Assembly: GCF_006345805.1 (NCBI RefSeq)
Contig: NC_043015.1
Span: 19,654,001 to 19,718,000 of the forward strand
Direction of reading: 5' to 3'
From: Octopus sinensis
Lineage: Eukaryota
Length of the DNA: 64,000 nucleotides
How positions within the stretch are numbered: the stretch's first letter is position 1; every line of letters starts with the position of its first letter. The position numbers and the translations under genes were made by a program. The notes under the pieces are model-generated. The model did no database searches. It was not told where the DNA came from and was given only the letters and a program-made list of their open reading frames with translations. This document shows positions 1 through 13,000 of this stretch, in pieces.

Positions 1-154
1 AGTTCTGGATGTTTTTTAAGTGGGACTGGCACTGAAGATTTTTACATGGCTCACAGACAGACAAAAACACACAAACATAAATATGAATGCATGCAATTAC
101 ACACACACATATTTTTCATGTTCATTCTTTTTTTCTTTTCTTCGCTTTTTCCAG

Positions 155-301
155 GTTCTCCGTATACTTTGGAAATAGTTGATACCGACATGGTCAGCGT
201 AAGTGGTGCTGGTCTGGAACTCGTTCCCATCAACAAGACAGCCTCCTTCAACATTCTGACTAAAGGGGCAGGAGGTGGGGAGGTAAAAGTAAACATTAGT
301 T
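155..301 (+). CDS. Filamin-like exon A1 (147 nt): [49 protein letters not shown]
   Basis: Acceptor ttcgctttttccag|, donor T|gtaagt; phase 1-1. Confidence 0.95.
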
Positions 302-971
302 GTAAGTATACTCAGCCCTTTATCTCCTCTGGTTTATTATTTAACCCTGCCAAATGTGAAGAAAAACAAAATATCCTGATATTCATGGTATACTGAACAA
401 CAACAATTACAACAACAAGATTTTATTATGAGTTCTTTTTTTTATTGAACTAGTTATAAATTGTTTGCACTAATTAACCTCAATATTACATTTCTGTTTT
501 TGTTTTTCTGTGTGTATCTGCAACATATTTTGATAAAAAAAATTTTTTATCACCAACAAATTATATATATATATATCTTTTACTTGTTTCAGTCATTTGA
601 TTGTGGCCATGCTGGAGCACCGCCTTTTTAGTTGAGCAAGTCGACCCCAGGACTTATTCTTTGTAAGCCTAGTACTCATTCTATCGGTTTCTTTTGCCAA
701 ACCGCTAAGTTACATGGATGTAAACACACCAGCATTGGTTGTCAAGCGATGTTGGGGGAACAGACACACAAACATATACACGCACACATACATATATATA
801 TATATATACATATATATGATGGGCTTCTTTCAGTTTCCGTCTACTAAATCCACTCACAAGGTTTTGGTCGGCCTGAGGCTAAAGTAGAAGACACTTGCCC
901 AAGGTGCCACGCAGTGGAACTGAATCTGGAACCATGTGATTCGTAAGCAAGCTACTTACCACACACCCACT

Positions 972-1015
<44 letters not shown>

Positions 1016-4000
1016 AAATAGAAATAACTTAGGGCAAATGGAGTGAGTTGGTATGGGCATGTTCTGAGGGTGGTGATTGTGTTTGAGGTAAATGAAGCGT
1101 GAAAGCAAGGTAAACCGAGGAAAAGGTGGAAGGGACAGGTAAAGGAGGAGATTGGGAGGGTTGGTTTGAAAAAGGAGGATACCCAAAACTGAGCAAGATG
1201 GTGTGAGGGCGGTTGCTATGGCGTTAAGGTAGATCTGGCCATCCCCATTAACAGGGACACAACCTGGATTTAAAACACTGGATGATATATATATACATAT
1301 ATAAATATATATATATATATACACATATATATATATATATATACACTTTTCTCATTTCATTCATGCAGCTGCAGTCATGCTGGAGCAGAAATATGTATAT
1401 AATAGAAATGATGGGTTAGATACAGTTATTTACAAGAGGCTTACAGCTGTTCAGATTTGCATGGCATTTGGGTAGGTTCATGCAAAGGCAGGAATGAGTC
1501 TGATGTTTAGCGCCTATGGTGACAAATCCAGACATATTCCTGTCTTATTAGACCTCTTCAACAATGCAACTTTAAAATATATGATTATATATAGTCGTCT
1601 TTGTATCATACTTAACATATATACAATATTGCCAGGCAAGGCACTGTGGCATTCTACAAAAATATAGATATGGGTTAAAAACACTGTGTGTGTGCGTGTG
1701 CGTGTGCGTGCGAGCGTGCGTGCGTGCGCGCGTGCGTGCGTGCGAGAGAGAGAGAGAGAGTGTGTGTGTGTGTGTGCAATCTAATGAAGGTTAGTAGGCT
1801 GAAACTTCAAAGTCACTATCAGCTCTCTTCTTTGAAATATTTAACCCTTTAGTATTTAAACTGGTCATATCCAGCCAAAATATTCTGCCTGTTTTATGTT
1901 CAAACTGGCCAGATCTGGCCTCTCACACCAACCCTACAATATCGTCACTGAAATCTCAAAACTATGAGATAATGCTTGATTAATTCAATTATGTCCCATC
2001 AGAGTAATCTGAATGCTAAAGCTTAATTGACATGTACTCTACTGAAAGGTATTGAGTACTTCTTAGGATAAATTTTTAATTGTTTTATATATAACTTGAC
2101 ATTAGAAGAAACATTTATACACATGAAAGCTGCAAGCTAGCTGAGTCATTAGCATGCCAGGCAAAATGCTTAGTGACATTTCGTCCGTCTTCAGGTTCTG
2201 AGTTCAAATTCCACCGAGGGCAACTTTGCTTTTTATCCTTCCGGGATTGATTAAAACAAGTATCAGTTGAGGCCTGGGGGTTGATGTAATAAGTCTTACC
2301 CCATCCCCCAAAATTGCTGGTCTTGTGTCAAAATATGTTACCAATATATACACACAAGTACATATTTGTAGGCGTGATAAACGTGCAATTTCTACATCAC
2401 AGCTTGGTCTTCAATGCAACGCCCTAAAAACATAACTTGATGGTGAGACATTATCACCAAATGTACATAGAAGAATTTATAATTATGTATCTTTAGTTTA
2501 GAAAAAGCAAAATTAATTTCCATATAAGAACTGGCATGGCTGTGTGGTTAAGAAGCTTGCTTTGTAGTCACATGGGTTTGGGAGTTCAATCCCACTCAAT
2601 GGCACCTTGGCTGCCTTATGTCTTGTGAGTGAATTTGGTCACTGGAAACTGTGTGGAGGCCTATCTTGTATGTGTATGTGTGTTTGTGTTTGACACCACC
2701 ACAATCCCACTCCGTCCACTTGACAACTGGTGTTGGTTTGTTTACATTTTTATATCTTAGCAGTATGGCAAATGAGACTGATAGAACAGGCCCCAGACTT
2801 TTTTTTTTAAAAAAACTAAATTCTGGGATTGATTTGTTTTTTAGACTAAAATTTTAAAAAAACCTTTAAGGCAGTGCCCCAGTATGGCCACAGTTCAATG
2901 ACTGAAGCAAATAAAAGGTAAATGATAACCTCAAGAAACTGTTTAAATAAGTCATCATCGTCGCCACCGTTGTTGTTATTGTTGTTGTTGTCGGCATTGT
3001 TGTTGTCGTTGTTGTTTTATATTCATAACATGAATATCATACTTTTTTTTTCTTCCTTGGTTACATTTCTGCCAGAAGATGGCAATGGTGTTGGTTTAAA
3101 GTCATTTTTATTCATTTATAAAATTTTAGAATCTTTTGCTATTTCTACAACAACAACTACTACTGCTGCTGCTGCTACTACTACTATTGCTACTATTAGT
3201 ATTATTACTACTATTGTTAATACTGTAAATGGGACTTAGAGGTAGTGTTACTAATGTTAGATTACGAAAATTGTTTATTAATACCATATAAGGTGTTGGC
3301 GGTCATGGTAACAAAACCCCCCAAAAAAAAATTTGATGAAATTAAAAAAGTCAATCAAAACAAGGTAGGTGGACATATTTAAATATCGTGGGTTGGTTAT
3401 TTCTTTTTTCTCTTCTTCTTTTGCTCCTTTCTTCATTTTTTGTTTGATGGAAACCACTTTTTTCCTTTTTTCCCCCCATCCATTCTGAGACAATATCATA
3501 ATCCAGAAAGGAAACCGTGATTAACAGTAATCTTACATAAATCATTATTACATCATTAATTAGATTATTGGATTTTGTTGGATAAATATCCAAAGAACAA
3601 AAAGATAATTGGATAATGGAATTCTAGGCACACTATCTAAATAACAAAGATGGAATGGTTATGGCATGGTTAGAATGTCTTTGACCATAGTTCTTTTCAA
3701 CCAGGGCTAATTCATGCTTAGATAACTAATATTTAAATCTGATAACAGTTTGAAGATATTTAAGAGGTATTTGAACTTGTTAAAGGCTTTTCACGGTTTA
3801 TCTTGAGAAAAAAATTCTCACTTGAGAAAAAAATAATGTAAAGTCCTATAGTCAGCTCAGAGCGCCCTATTGGACTGGTGGATACATATTTGTCAAACTG
3901 TTTGTTCTCAACAGCACCAGATACCAAAAAAAAGATAACTCTGAACTGACTGAAAAGCAAAGTTTTTCTTATAAAATTATTGACTGAAGGTACATATAAC

Positions 4001-5561
4001 TGGTACTCGATCAGTTATGATGACAAGAGTTCCAGTTGATCCGATCAACCAAACAGCCTGCTCATGAAATTAACATGCAAGTGGCTGAGCACTCCACAGA
4101 CACACGTACCCATAACGTAGTTCTCAGGGATTTTCAGCATAGCACAGAATGTGACATGGTTGGACCTTTGAATTACGGGTACAATCATCTTTGGCAACTG
4201 AATGGACTGGAGCAATAAAGTCTCTTGCTCAAGGAAACAATGTCCTGCTTCAAATCGAACTCATGGCCTTATGGTTTTGAGCCAAACGATAACCATTGTG
4301 CCACACACCTTCACCAAGGCCCATACTGGTTGCCGAGCCAGAATATCAATTTCTGAGTAGATGCGTAAAGCATCAACTTACAAATCAATATTCAACTTGT
4401 CTCGATTGCAGAAGAATGAAAACCAAATTCAATTTTGGCAGGATTTGAACTCAGATACCTACTCAACCACCTTATTTAATAAAAAAATATTTAGTTGTCA
4501 GATGAATGCCTTTTATTTTGTATTCAATCATCGTATGTCTAAAAAGAGGTAAAATTTATTTAAATTTCAAAATCAATAAACAAAAGTTATAGAAAAACAA
4601 ATAGAGCTACAAAAAAAACATGAAATACCACAGTAAAAATATTTTAATTCAAATAATATTGGAAAAAATTAAAATAAATAGTGGTGGGCAGTGAATGACT
4701 TTATCTGATAACCTCATAAATTGGAAAGAAAAGACAAATTATTTCTGAGAAACCATTCACCATTCTTGAAGATTTGTGGAAGACATACTATTAATCACTG
4801 TTGGGGTTTGAAAAAATGCTTTAGGGGGCAAGGATTTGCACACCAAGTCACGTTACTGCAACTGCACGTCTAGTATTAGTGAAGAGGAGGAGAAGGAGAG
4901 TCTGGTCTTGAGAACCAGGAATATATTTCTGTGTTTACAGCATTCATTCATTAACAAGTACCCATACCATACATGTTGAGAACGTTCACACTCAAAGATG
5001 CACACATACACATGCACATACATTTGCACACAGGAATATTGTATCAAAAGATTACAGAGATGTCGACACCAAACAACAAGTGATAAAACTTTTGTGATAC
5101 TAAGACTATGAGAAGTGTCCAGATACACATGTGTGTATACATATATATGCATATATGTGTGTATACACAAAACACATATGTACTTATACTGTTTGTACCT
5201 GAAGTTATATAACAAGAAAGTTCCTCTATCAAACCAGTATAACACTCTCTATCACACTTTTCTATCATGTTACACCCAACAAACACATCAAACTTTCTTG
5301 CTACTCTCCATTCCCCACTTCCTACAAAACCATTTCTCCTATCTACCTATACCACACCCTTAACTCTCATGCTCATTACTCTGCCTACCAAAGGAACACC
5401 ATAAATTATATAAAATTATATAAAACCAAGGTAAATCATTCTGATGCAAACACGCACACACACATACATGTATACATATATATATATGTGTGTGTGTGTG
5501 TATGTATATGTATATATAAGTATGTATATATATGTACATACATATATATCTATATCTATAC

Positions 5562-5606
<45 letters not shown>

Positions 5607-7000
5607 GTACTACATATATTTTGTATGTATATAAGAAATATAGTTTTGTAACAGTTGAATGGAACAGCACAAATCCTGGTAGAAAAGTGTGCAAGAAAAT
5701 TTCAACATGGTGAATGCGATTGAGTTGTACTGAAAATGTTGCTGGTGAGTGTTGTAGCACTGTTTGTCTGTTTGGTGTAATTAATGTCAATCAATAGAAA
5801 TTAATGTCAATCAATGGAGATTAATGTGACACAGCATGATTGAAGTGGTTAGTGTGATTTAGTGTGAATCATCAATGCAATTTAATGATTTTAATAGGGT
5901 CAATTTTGTATATATGGTTACTGTATTCTGCTAGACCAAAGTAAGAAAGTCCACTGAATATAATAATCTTTGGTGTGACCAATACTGTTAAGAGTCCTTG
6001 GCATGGCAGGGCAGGGTCAGTATTGCTGAGTGGGATCAACATGACTATCATGTGATTGTTGTGATGGATGTTGTATGGTCAGTGGTAAGTAGCTCATCCT
6101 CAGGATTGTGAGGTCAGTGTTAGAATATGCTGGTCAATGTGACTGAATATAATACAAGTGTTGGATCTTCTTTGAGATATTAGTGGAAAGGTCAGTTTGA
6201 ATAAGAGAATGGTCAAAATTGATATGTAATGTGATTAGTTTAATCAATGCGGTTTATTAAAGATCAAATTAAGAGGTCATCTTTGATTTTCATTCTGGAT
6301 AAAATGAAATACCAGTTATGTACTGGGGTCAATATAATTGACCATACTCTCATCAAAATGTGTGATTTTTTTTTTCTTTCTCTGTTGAGGTTCATATAGG
6401 TAGGTTGCAATTTGGAATAAGGAAATCAAGCTTTTGGTGGTCTGTTGCTAAGTTCCATTGGCAAGGGCTGGCCAAGATGAGCAAAGGTTACAGTCACTGT
6501 AATAAATAGTTAGAGAAAAGCAAGAGTTTCCTCTTGAATTGCTTTCAGACTCAATCAGTGAATCATTTGATGCCCAACCAATGAGCTTATGCCTACAAGA
6601 ACATAGTTACCATTGGTTACAGCATGGGGGTTTGATTGAGGTTTTGGTAATTAACATATTGTGGTTTATTGGGGACAACAATTCAGGGTCATGTGTTGTC
6701 AGTATATAATTCAGTGGAAAGAAACCTAGTCAAAACGATAAGTTTTGGGTAACTTTTTGGTAAATTGTTATTTTGACTATGATGGAATATTTCTGTTAAA
6801 TGTAATAAGAACGACCAATATAGTTTCAATATTTACATTATTTACATTTGATAGATATTTCTCCTCATCTTGTTTGTTGTTAACACAACATTTCAGCTGA
6901 TATACTCTCCATCCTTCATCAGGTGTCTTGGGAAAATTTCAAACCTGGGTTCTCATTCTTAAGGTATTTTTTGATGTTGTTGTTGTTATTATTATTATTA

Positions 7001-7031
<31 letters not shown>

Positions 7032-7049
7032 TTATTATTATTATTTTTA

Positions 7050-7088
<39 letters not shown>

Positions 7089-10000
7089 TCACTGCCTGGA
7101 ATCGAACTTGGAATCTTAGGGTTAGTAGCTCGCGCTCTAACCTCAAGATTCAGAGTTCGATTCCAGGCAGTGACCTGAATAATAATAATATCAAAAAATA
7201 CCTTAGGAACAAGAACCCAGGTTCAAAATTTCCCCAAGACACCTGATGAAGGCTGGGGGGTATATCAGTCGAAACATTGTGTTAACAACAAACAAGATGA
7301 GGACAAATATCCATCAAATGTAAATAATGTACATAATTCCTCATCTCTTAAATATAGAACTGAAGTTTCAGTAGTATTGGAATTAACAGGTTTGATGTGG
7401 TCAGTTCTACAGATTTAACTGACCACTGGAACTGGTGTAAGTAATATGATTATGATAGACAGAACCAGTTCTGGCTAGTCTAACTTGAGAATTGTGATCA
7501 AGACAAGGCATAATCAAAGTGGTCAACTTCAACTGAAGTGCTTTCAGATCAACCCTTACACCTGGAAAATGCAAGAACAAAGCTGTCCTGCCTGGCATAG
7601 CTACACCAACAGAGGTACTAACAGAACAGGATTGCAGGAACAAAACGTGAGCTGTGAAAGTCCAGAGTTAACTCCTTGCCTTCATTCCTGCTCTCATAAA
7701 TGAGAATACTAAAAATGAACCTGACTGCTCTCAAAAATTAAGTAAAAAAAAAACAGGAAAAATAATCCAGAATCTTTGTCTGGTACTGGATTGATTCCAA
7801 AATCTAATCAGTTTGTTCCAGTCACAAGGCCAAACATCTCTGAAAGTTTCATGCAAATCTATTCAGTGGTTCTTGAGGTATCTTGTCCACAGATAAACAA
7901 ATATGATTGAAAACAATATCTCGGCCTTCACTAAAGCAGAGGTAATAATAAACATTAAACACCATTTTGGCATTCTTGAGATTTGGTAGCTGAATGTCTC
8001 TTCTTTAACACAACCCAGAAAATCAAATTGAAATGATAGACTAATCTATTCTAAAATTCACCTGAGATTTGAAACCTGTGCATTGAACTTAGTCATGAAG
8101 ATTATGCTTCAGGCAAGTTTGAGAGCAATTTGTATTCCACTAGGAGTATGGCTGACCTCAAAAACACTGCTCTATTGGAACCAATAATTACTGGTTTTGT
8201 AATTGAGTAAGCTTCTCTCAAAAACGTTTTTGCCAATTTCTAAATAATTGGAAGGAAAAAATTTTTGAATTTTTTTTTCAACAATTTTTAATTATTTTGA
8301 TAAACATACCTAAGACTTCCTGTTTTAAAATGATTTTAATTAAAACCTATCAAAATTTGATAATTCATGTCCCAAACACCAACTTAATAATGACAGTTAT
8401 TTTGCTAAATTCATTGAAACAAAAGCAGTTTTTTTTTCTACACGAATATGGTAAGGAAACGGTTAAAATACACATTGCACTGACAATTACAAGTAAATAT
8501 TATTTTATTGCTCTTCAAATGATGAATAGCAATGTCAGCTCAGTCATCGTTCGAATTCAGGAAGTAAAGGGATGTTACTTAATACCATAAAATATTGTTT
8601 GTGACTCCTGTTTCCTATAATCAACAGTTGAATAAAAATTTCTGGTAAACAACTTGTGTAGAGAGAATCCATTGAAAGTTAAAATAAACTGACCCCCTAA
8701 TATAGAATTTCCTGGTTTTGTATTTGAGTCAAAATAGTTTTTGCCTTTTCAAGTTGACATCTGAAAAGCAATTTTGTGTCAGATATGATGACCTATTTCT
8801 GTTCTTTCTGATAAATGTTAATACAAAGAAAAATCAACATGAATAGGTTGTCTGATCTCATATACACATACACACTGATTCATCAATTTCACGGCGATTT
8901 CCTATGGTGGGTAGAGGGGAAGGGGGCTAAACTTGCTGACTAATTGTATTACTTATAATTGTATAATTTTGGAGATGTTAGTTTCTAGGCAAATGTTTTG
9001 ATCAAAGACTGTGAGTTGAAAGAAAAACAATCACAGCATAGAAGATGCATCTGAGCCATGCAAAAACACACAAAGAATATTAACTTCACTTAAACATTTA
9101 TTATTTGGTGTCAAAATGTTGTCCCACCATATGCGGCCTGGTCACTGATGCTGCTAATGTGTGTCGTCCATGTACTTGGAATAATCAATGCTACACTATA
9201 TATTAGTCTACCAAGGTTTAGTGTGTGAGACCATCATATAATTACGTGAGCATATTTTACAGTTGCTGCTATAATTATTGTAATTCCAACTGGAATTAAA
9301 TTATTTAAATGACTAGCAACTATCTATGGATAAAATAATAAATATTCTTCCAATATTTATCATCATCATTGTTTAATATCTGTTTTCCATGCTGGAAAGC
9401 CAGGAGACTGCACCAGGCTCCCATCTGATCTGGCAGTGATTTTACAGTTGGATGCCCTTCCTAACACCAACCACTCCAAGAGTGTAGTGGGTGCTTTTAC
9501 GTGCCACCAGCACTGGAGCCAGAGGGGGCTAGCATCGACCATGTTTGGATGGTGCTTTTACATACCACCAGCACAGGAGCCAGTCAAAGCAGCCCTGGCA
9601 TCAGCCACATTCAGATGATGCTTTTTACGTTCCACCGGCACAGGAGCCAGTTAGGGCAAGGGGGCTGGCATCAGCCACATGTGGATGGTGCTTTTTACGT
9701 GTCACCAGCATGGGGAACCAGACAGGTGGCACTGGCATCAGCCACAACTACAATTTCCATTTGATTGTGGTTTGATTTGATTTGATTTTGATGTTGATGT
9801 ACTTGACTCGATAGGTCTCCTCAAGCATGGCATGCTGCCCTACAATCCAAGGTACTTTTTGAGTGAGTTGGCTATGTGACATGGGTGTAGGCTACAGTTA
9901 TAATTGTATAACTTATATCAAAAACTCACACATTGACTTATCAAATTTACTGTGAGTTTCTAGCAAGGGGAAAAAAATACTAAAACTGTTTAACTGTAAA

Positions 10001-13000
10001 TAAAATCTGTAAATATTAAATACATTTTTGAATTAATTGTTCAAATTTTAGTGTAAACAGTTATTATAGACAATATAAGCATCAGTTTGTGCAAGAAAAA
10101 ATCAACAGACCCACAAATAGAACTGAATAAAACCATGTATTTATCATTTGGTGGACGACTTTGATCTGTGTTAACACTTAGATTTGTCATGAGATCTAGG
10201 GCTCACAAGGTTAAAGTGTAACCCAGTTTTTATGATGTATGAATAAAGATTACGACACTCCCTCCTGAGGGAACAGCAAACAAGGTATATTAGTTTGATG
10301 TTCAGAAAGGAATGAGGAGACAAAAACAGAGAGGACAAAAGAATAGAAATATATGTTTATATAAAACACTGAAAGTACAAGGAAGCTTGATATTATGCAA
10401 AGATGATGTCTATGGAAGATAATTTCTCTTGCTATTTTTTGAAAACCAATTGTTTTTTCAATGTATCTAAACTAAGGTGATTCTTTAAAAAAAAATTAAT
10501 TTAATTGAAAATATTCCACTGATATCTGATCTCCAAAACTTTTGATTTCTTTTTCACAATGGTAAAAATAAATTTCAGATTGAATATCAGAAATCCAAAA
10601 AGAAATCAGAAAAATGTTTTGATTTTATATAAGAACAAGTCATCTGAAGAATACAATTGAAATAATCATCAAATTTTTTTCTTACAGCACAGATATAATA
10701 GTATTATTAATTTGTATCAAGCAACCCCTCGGTTCTTTGATACAAACTTAGTGTTTTAACACCTGGTCTAAATTGAAACCATTCATTGAAATTTCATGTT
10801 AATTTCTGTTATAAACATTAGCCTAATAATGACAGTTATTTTATTGAATTCTTCGTTATATTTTTTTAATTGATTGAAACAATAGCCGTGTGTTTCACCA
10901 GGAATGTGGTTATAAAAGGGCTAATGTCTGTGGACTGTAACATGAATACAAAACCCTTGAACTCGAGATGGAAAACATTTTTTTGTGACAATTTTTATTG
11001 TATCTTGTGAGGATTATTTTGCCATTAAAAACAAGAACACTTGTTCTTTTTCATTTCTTTTTAATATTATTATTTAATATTATTGTTCACTTAGTAAACT
11101 AATTAGATTCAACCTAATAATTCATTGATTTGTCAGGATCTTTTCCCCATCATTCATAACCTCATCAAAGATGTACCATTGTTGCTCCAGGACAAACCAG
11201 ATGATTGACTGACTGATCAAATGATTAGTCAAGCTATTGTTTAGTTAACTAGTTGACTAATAATAATAATTTAAAGAAGTGAAAGAGAACCAGTGCATGT
11301 GTTTCTATTAGCAAGATGACCATCCCAAGATATGTTTTTTTTTGTTGTTTTTTTTGCAGCATATGATTTCACATCAAAAATCTTTTAAAACAAACACACA
11401 AAAGAAAACAAAAATTTATTTTTACTATTCAAATTCTTATAATACATATTTAGCAATTGAATTCCATTTATTAACAGACTTTATTCTTCCTTTTATTATT
11501 TTCATATGTTTCTTTTAACATTTTATTAAAATATCAAAATTCTACCGAGGTTATAAAATTGCATGCAAACTATTTTGATATTATCAAAATACATCCAAAT
11601 TGCTTTAATTCTTGAAGTAACAAACAAACACAGCAATTCTTATTATTTGATCCCCTGGGGTCCTGCAACTATGGTGTTTCACTGACATTTTTACATGTTT
11701 TTATGACTTAAACACTGAAGAGTTCATTCAAGGTAAGCTACTTACTTATATTTTCTAATAATTTTTTTTAAACCTCATTAAACTATTTCCTCTAATTAAA
11801 TCTCTTTTCAACTTAATTTTTTCCTTTTCTATATACATTTGTTTTTTTCTCTTCTTTATTATTCTTAGCATCAGCTTCTTCTTTTTCTAACTGAAAGCAT
11901 TAAAAAGCAGTTAAACTTTTAATTCAGTTTTGAAATATAAATTTACTTTTCCTTTATATATACATTTTTTTAAAATTTAACTTATTCTCAGTTTCTTGGA
12001 AACTGGATTGGAATCTAAAATTATTTCCTTTTCTTAGAATTAACAACAGCAAAAGTTCAAATATGGTTGATAGTTTTATAAACTTAATGGGTCATAAAAG
12101 CACCCCCTGTAAACTATATCTTCATAACAAGTATTTAGGCTGTTCCACTTTGGTGGCAACATATAACATATATGAAGGGCTCAAGTGATAAACACAAAGT
12201 TCTACTAAAAACGCCAAAAGAATTATTGGTTTTGGTGGAATATATATTTCTGTGGTGTGTGTGTGTGTGTGTGTGTGTGAGAATGTTACTCTGAGGTTTG
12301 GTTATGTTATTCACCTCCCACACTCTTTGTTCTGTACAATAATTTTCCTTTCTACTCTAGGCACAAGGCCCAGGATTTTGGGGGAGGAAGCCACACAATT
12401 AGATCAAACTCAATATGCAACCGGTATTTAATTTATTGATCCCCCAAAAGGATGAAAGGCAAAGTTGACCTCAGCAGAATTTGAACTCAGAACATAAAGA
12501 CAGACAAAATACTGTTAAGCATTTCGACCGGCATGCTAATGTTTCTGCCAGCTCGCCGCCTTAAAGAATCTTTTCTACTCTAAGCACAAGGCCTGAAATT
12601 TTTGAGGAGGGAGCCAATCGATTAGATCGACCCCAGTATGCAACTGGTACTTAATTTATCGCCCCCCGCCCACCAATGGATGAAAGACAAAGTCGACCTT
12701 GGCAGAATTTGAAGTCAGAACAAAAATACAGACAAAATAATTCTAAGCATTTCGCCCGGCTCTGCCAGCTCGCTGCCTTTCTGTACAATAACAACTCCCT
12801 TCCAGACATACATCAATCTCTGGGCCATGGATATGCTATCACCCTCCTCTGTCTTTTCTTAACCCTTATGCAGTGACCCCTACTCCTCACATCTACTTGT
12901 CCTCACACTGTTTCCACTCAGACATTCCCAACTTGATTGTCCTTCCTCTCCTCGTCACCCATATTGTCTCCTTCCTCTTTAGGCCTTGCACTAACCTCAT

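Noticed and set aside
4825-4979. Acidic open frame (..[13 protein letters not shown]..)
   Set aside because: No polypyrimidine tract, no start codon and no homology to filamin.
5770-6260. Degenerate ~18-20-nt periodicity (TTAATGTCAATCAAT../GGTCAATGTGA)
   Set aside because: Only 2-3 clear units; too decayed to define as a feature.
7088-7175. Possible tRNA gene
   Set aside because: Lacks the 5' acceptor strand and complete A box; it is the head of a repeat present twice in the window.
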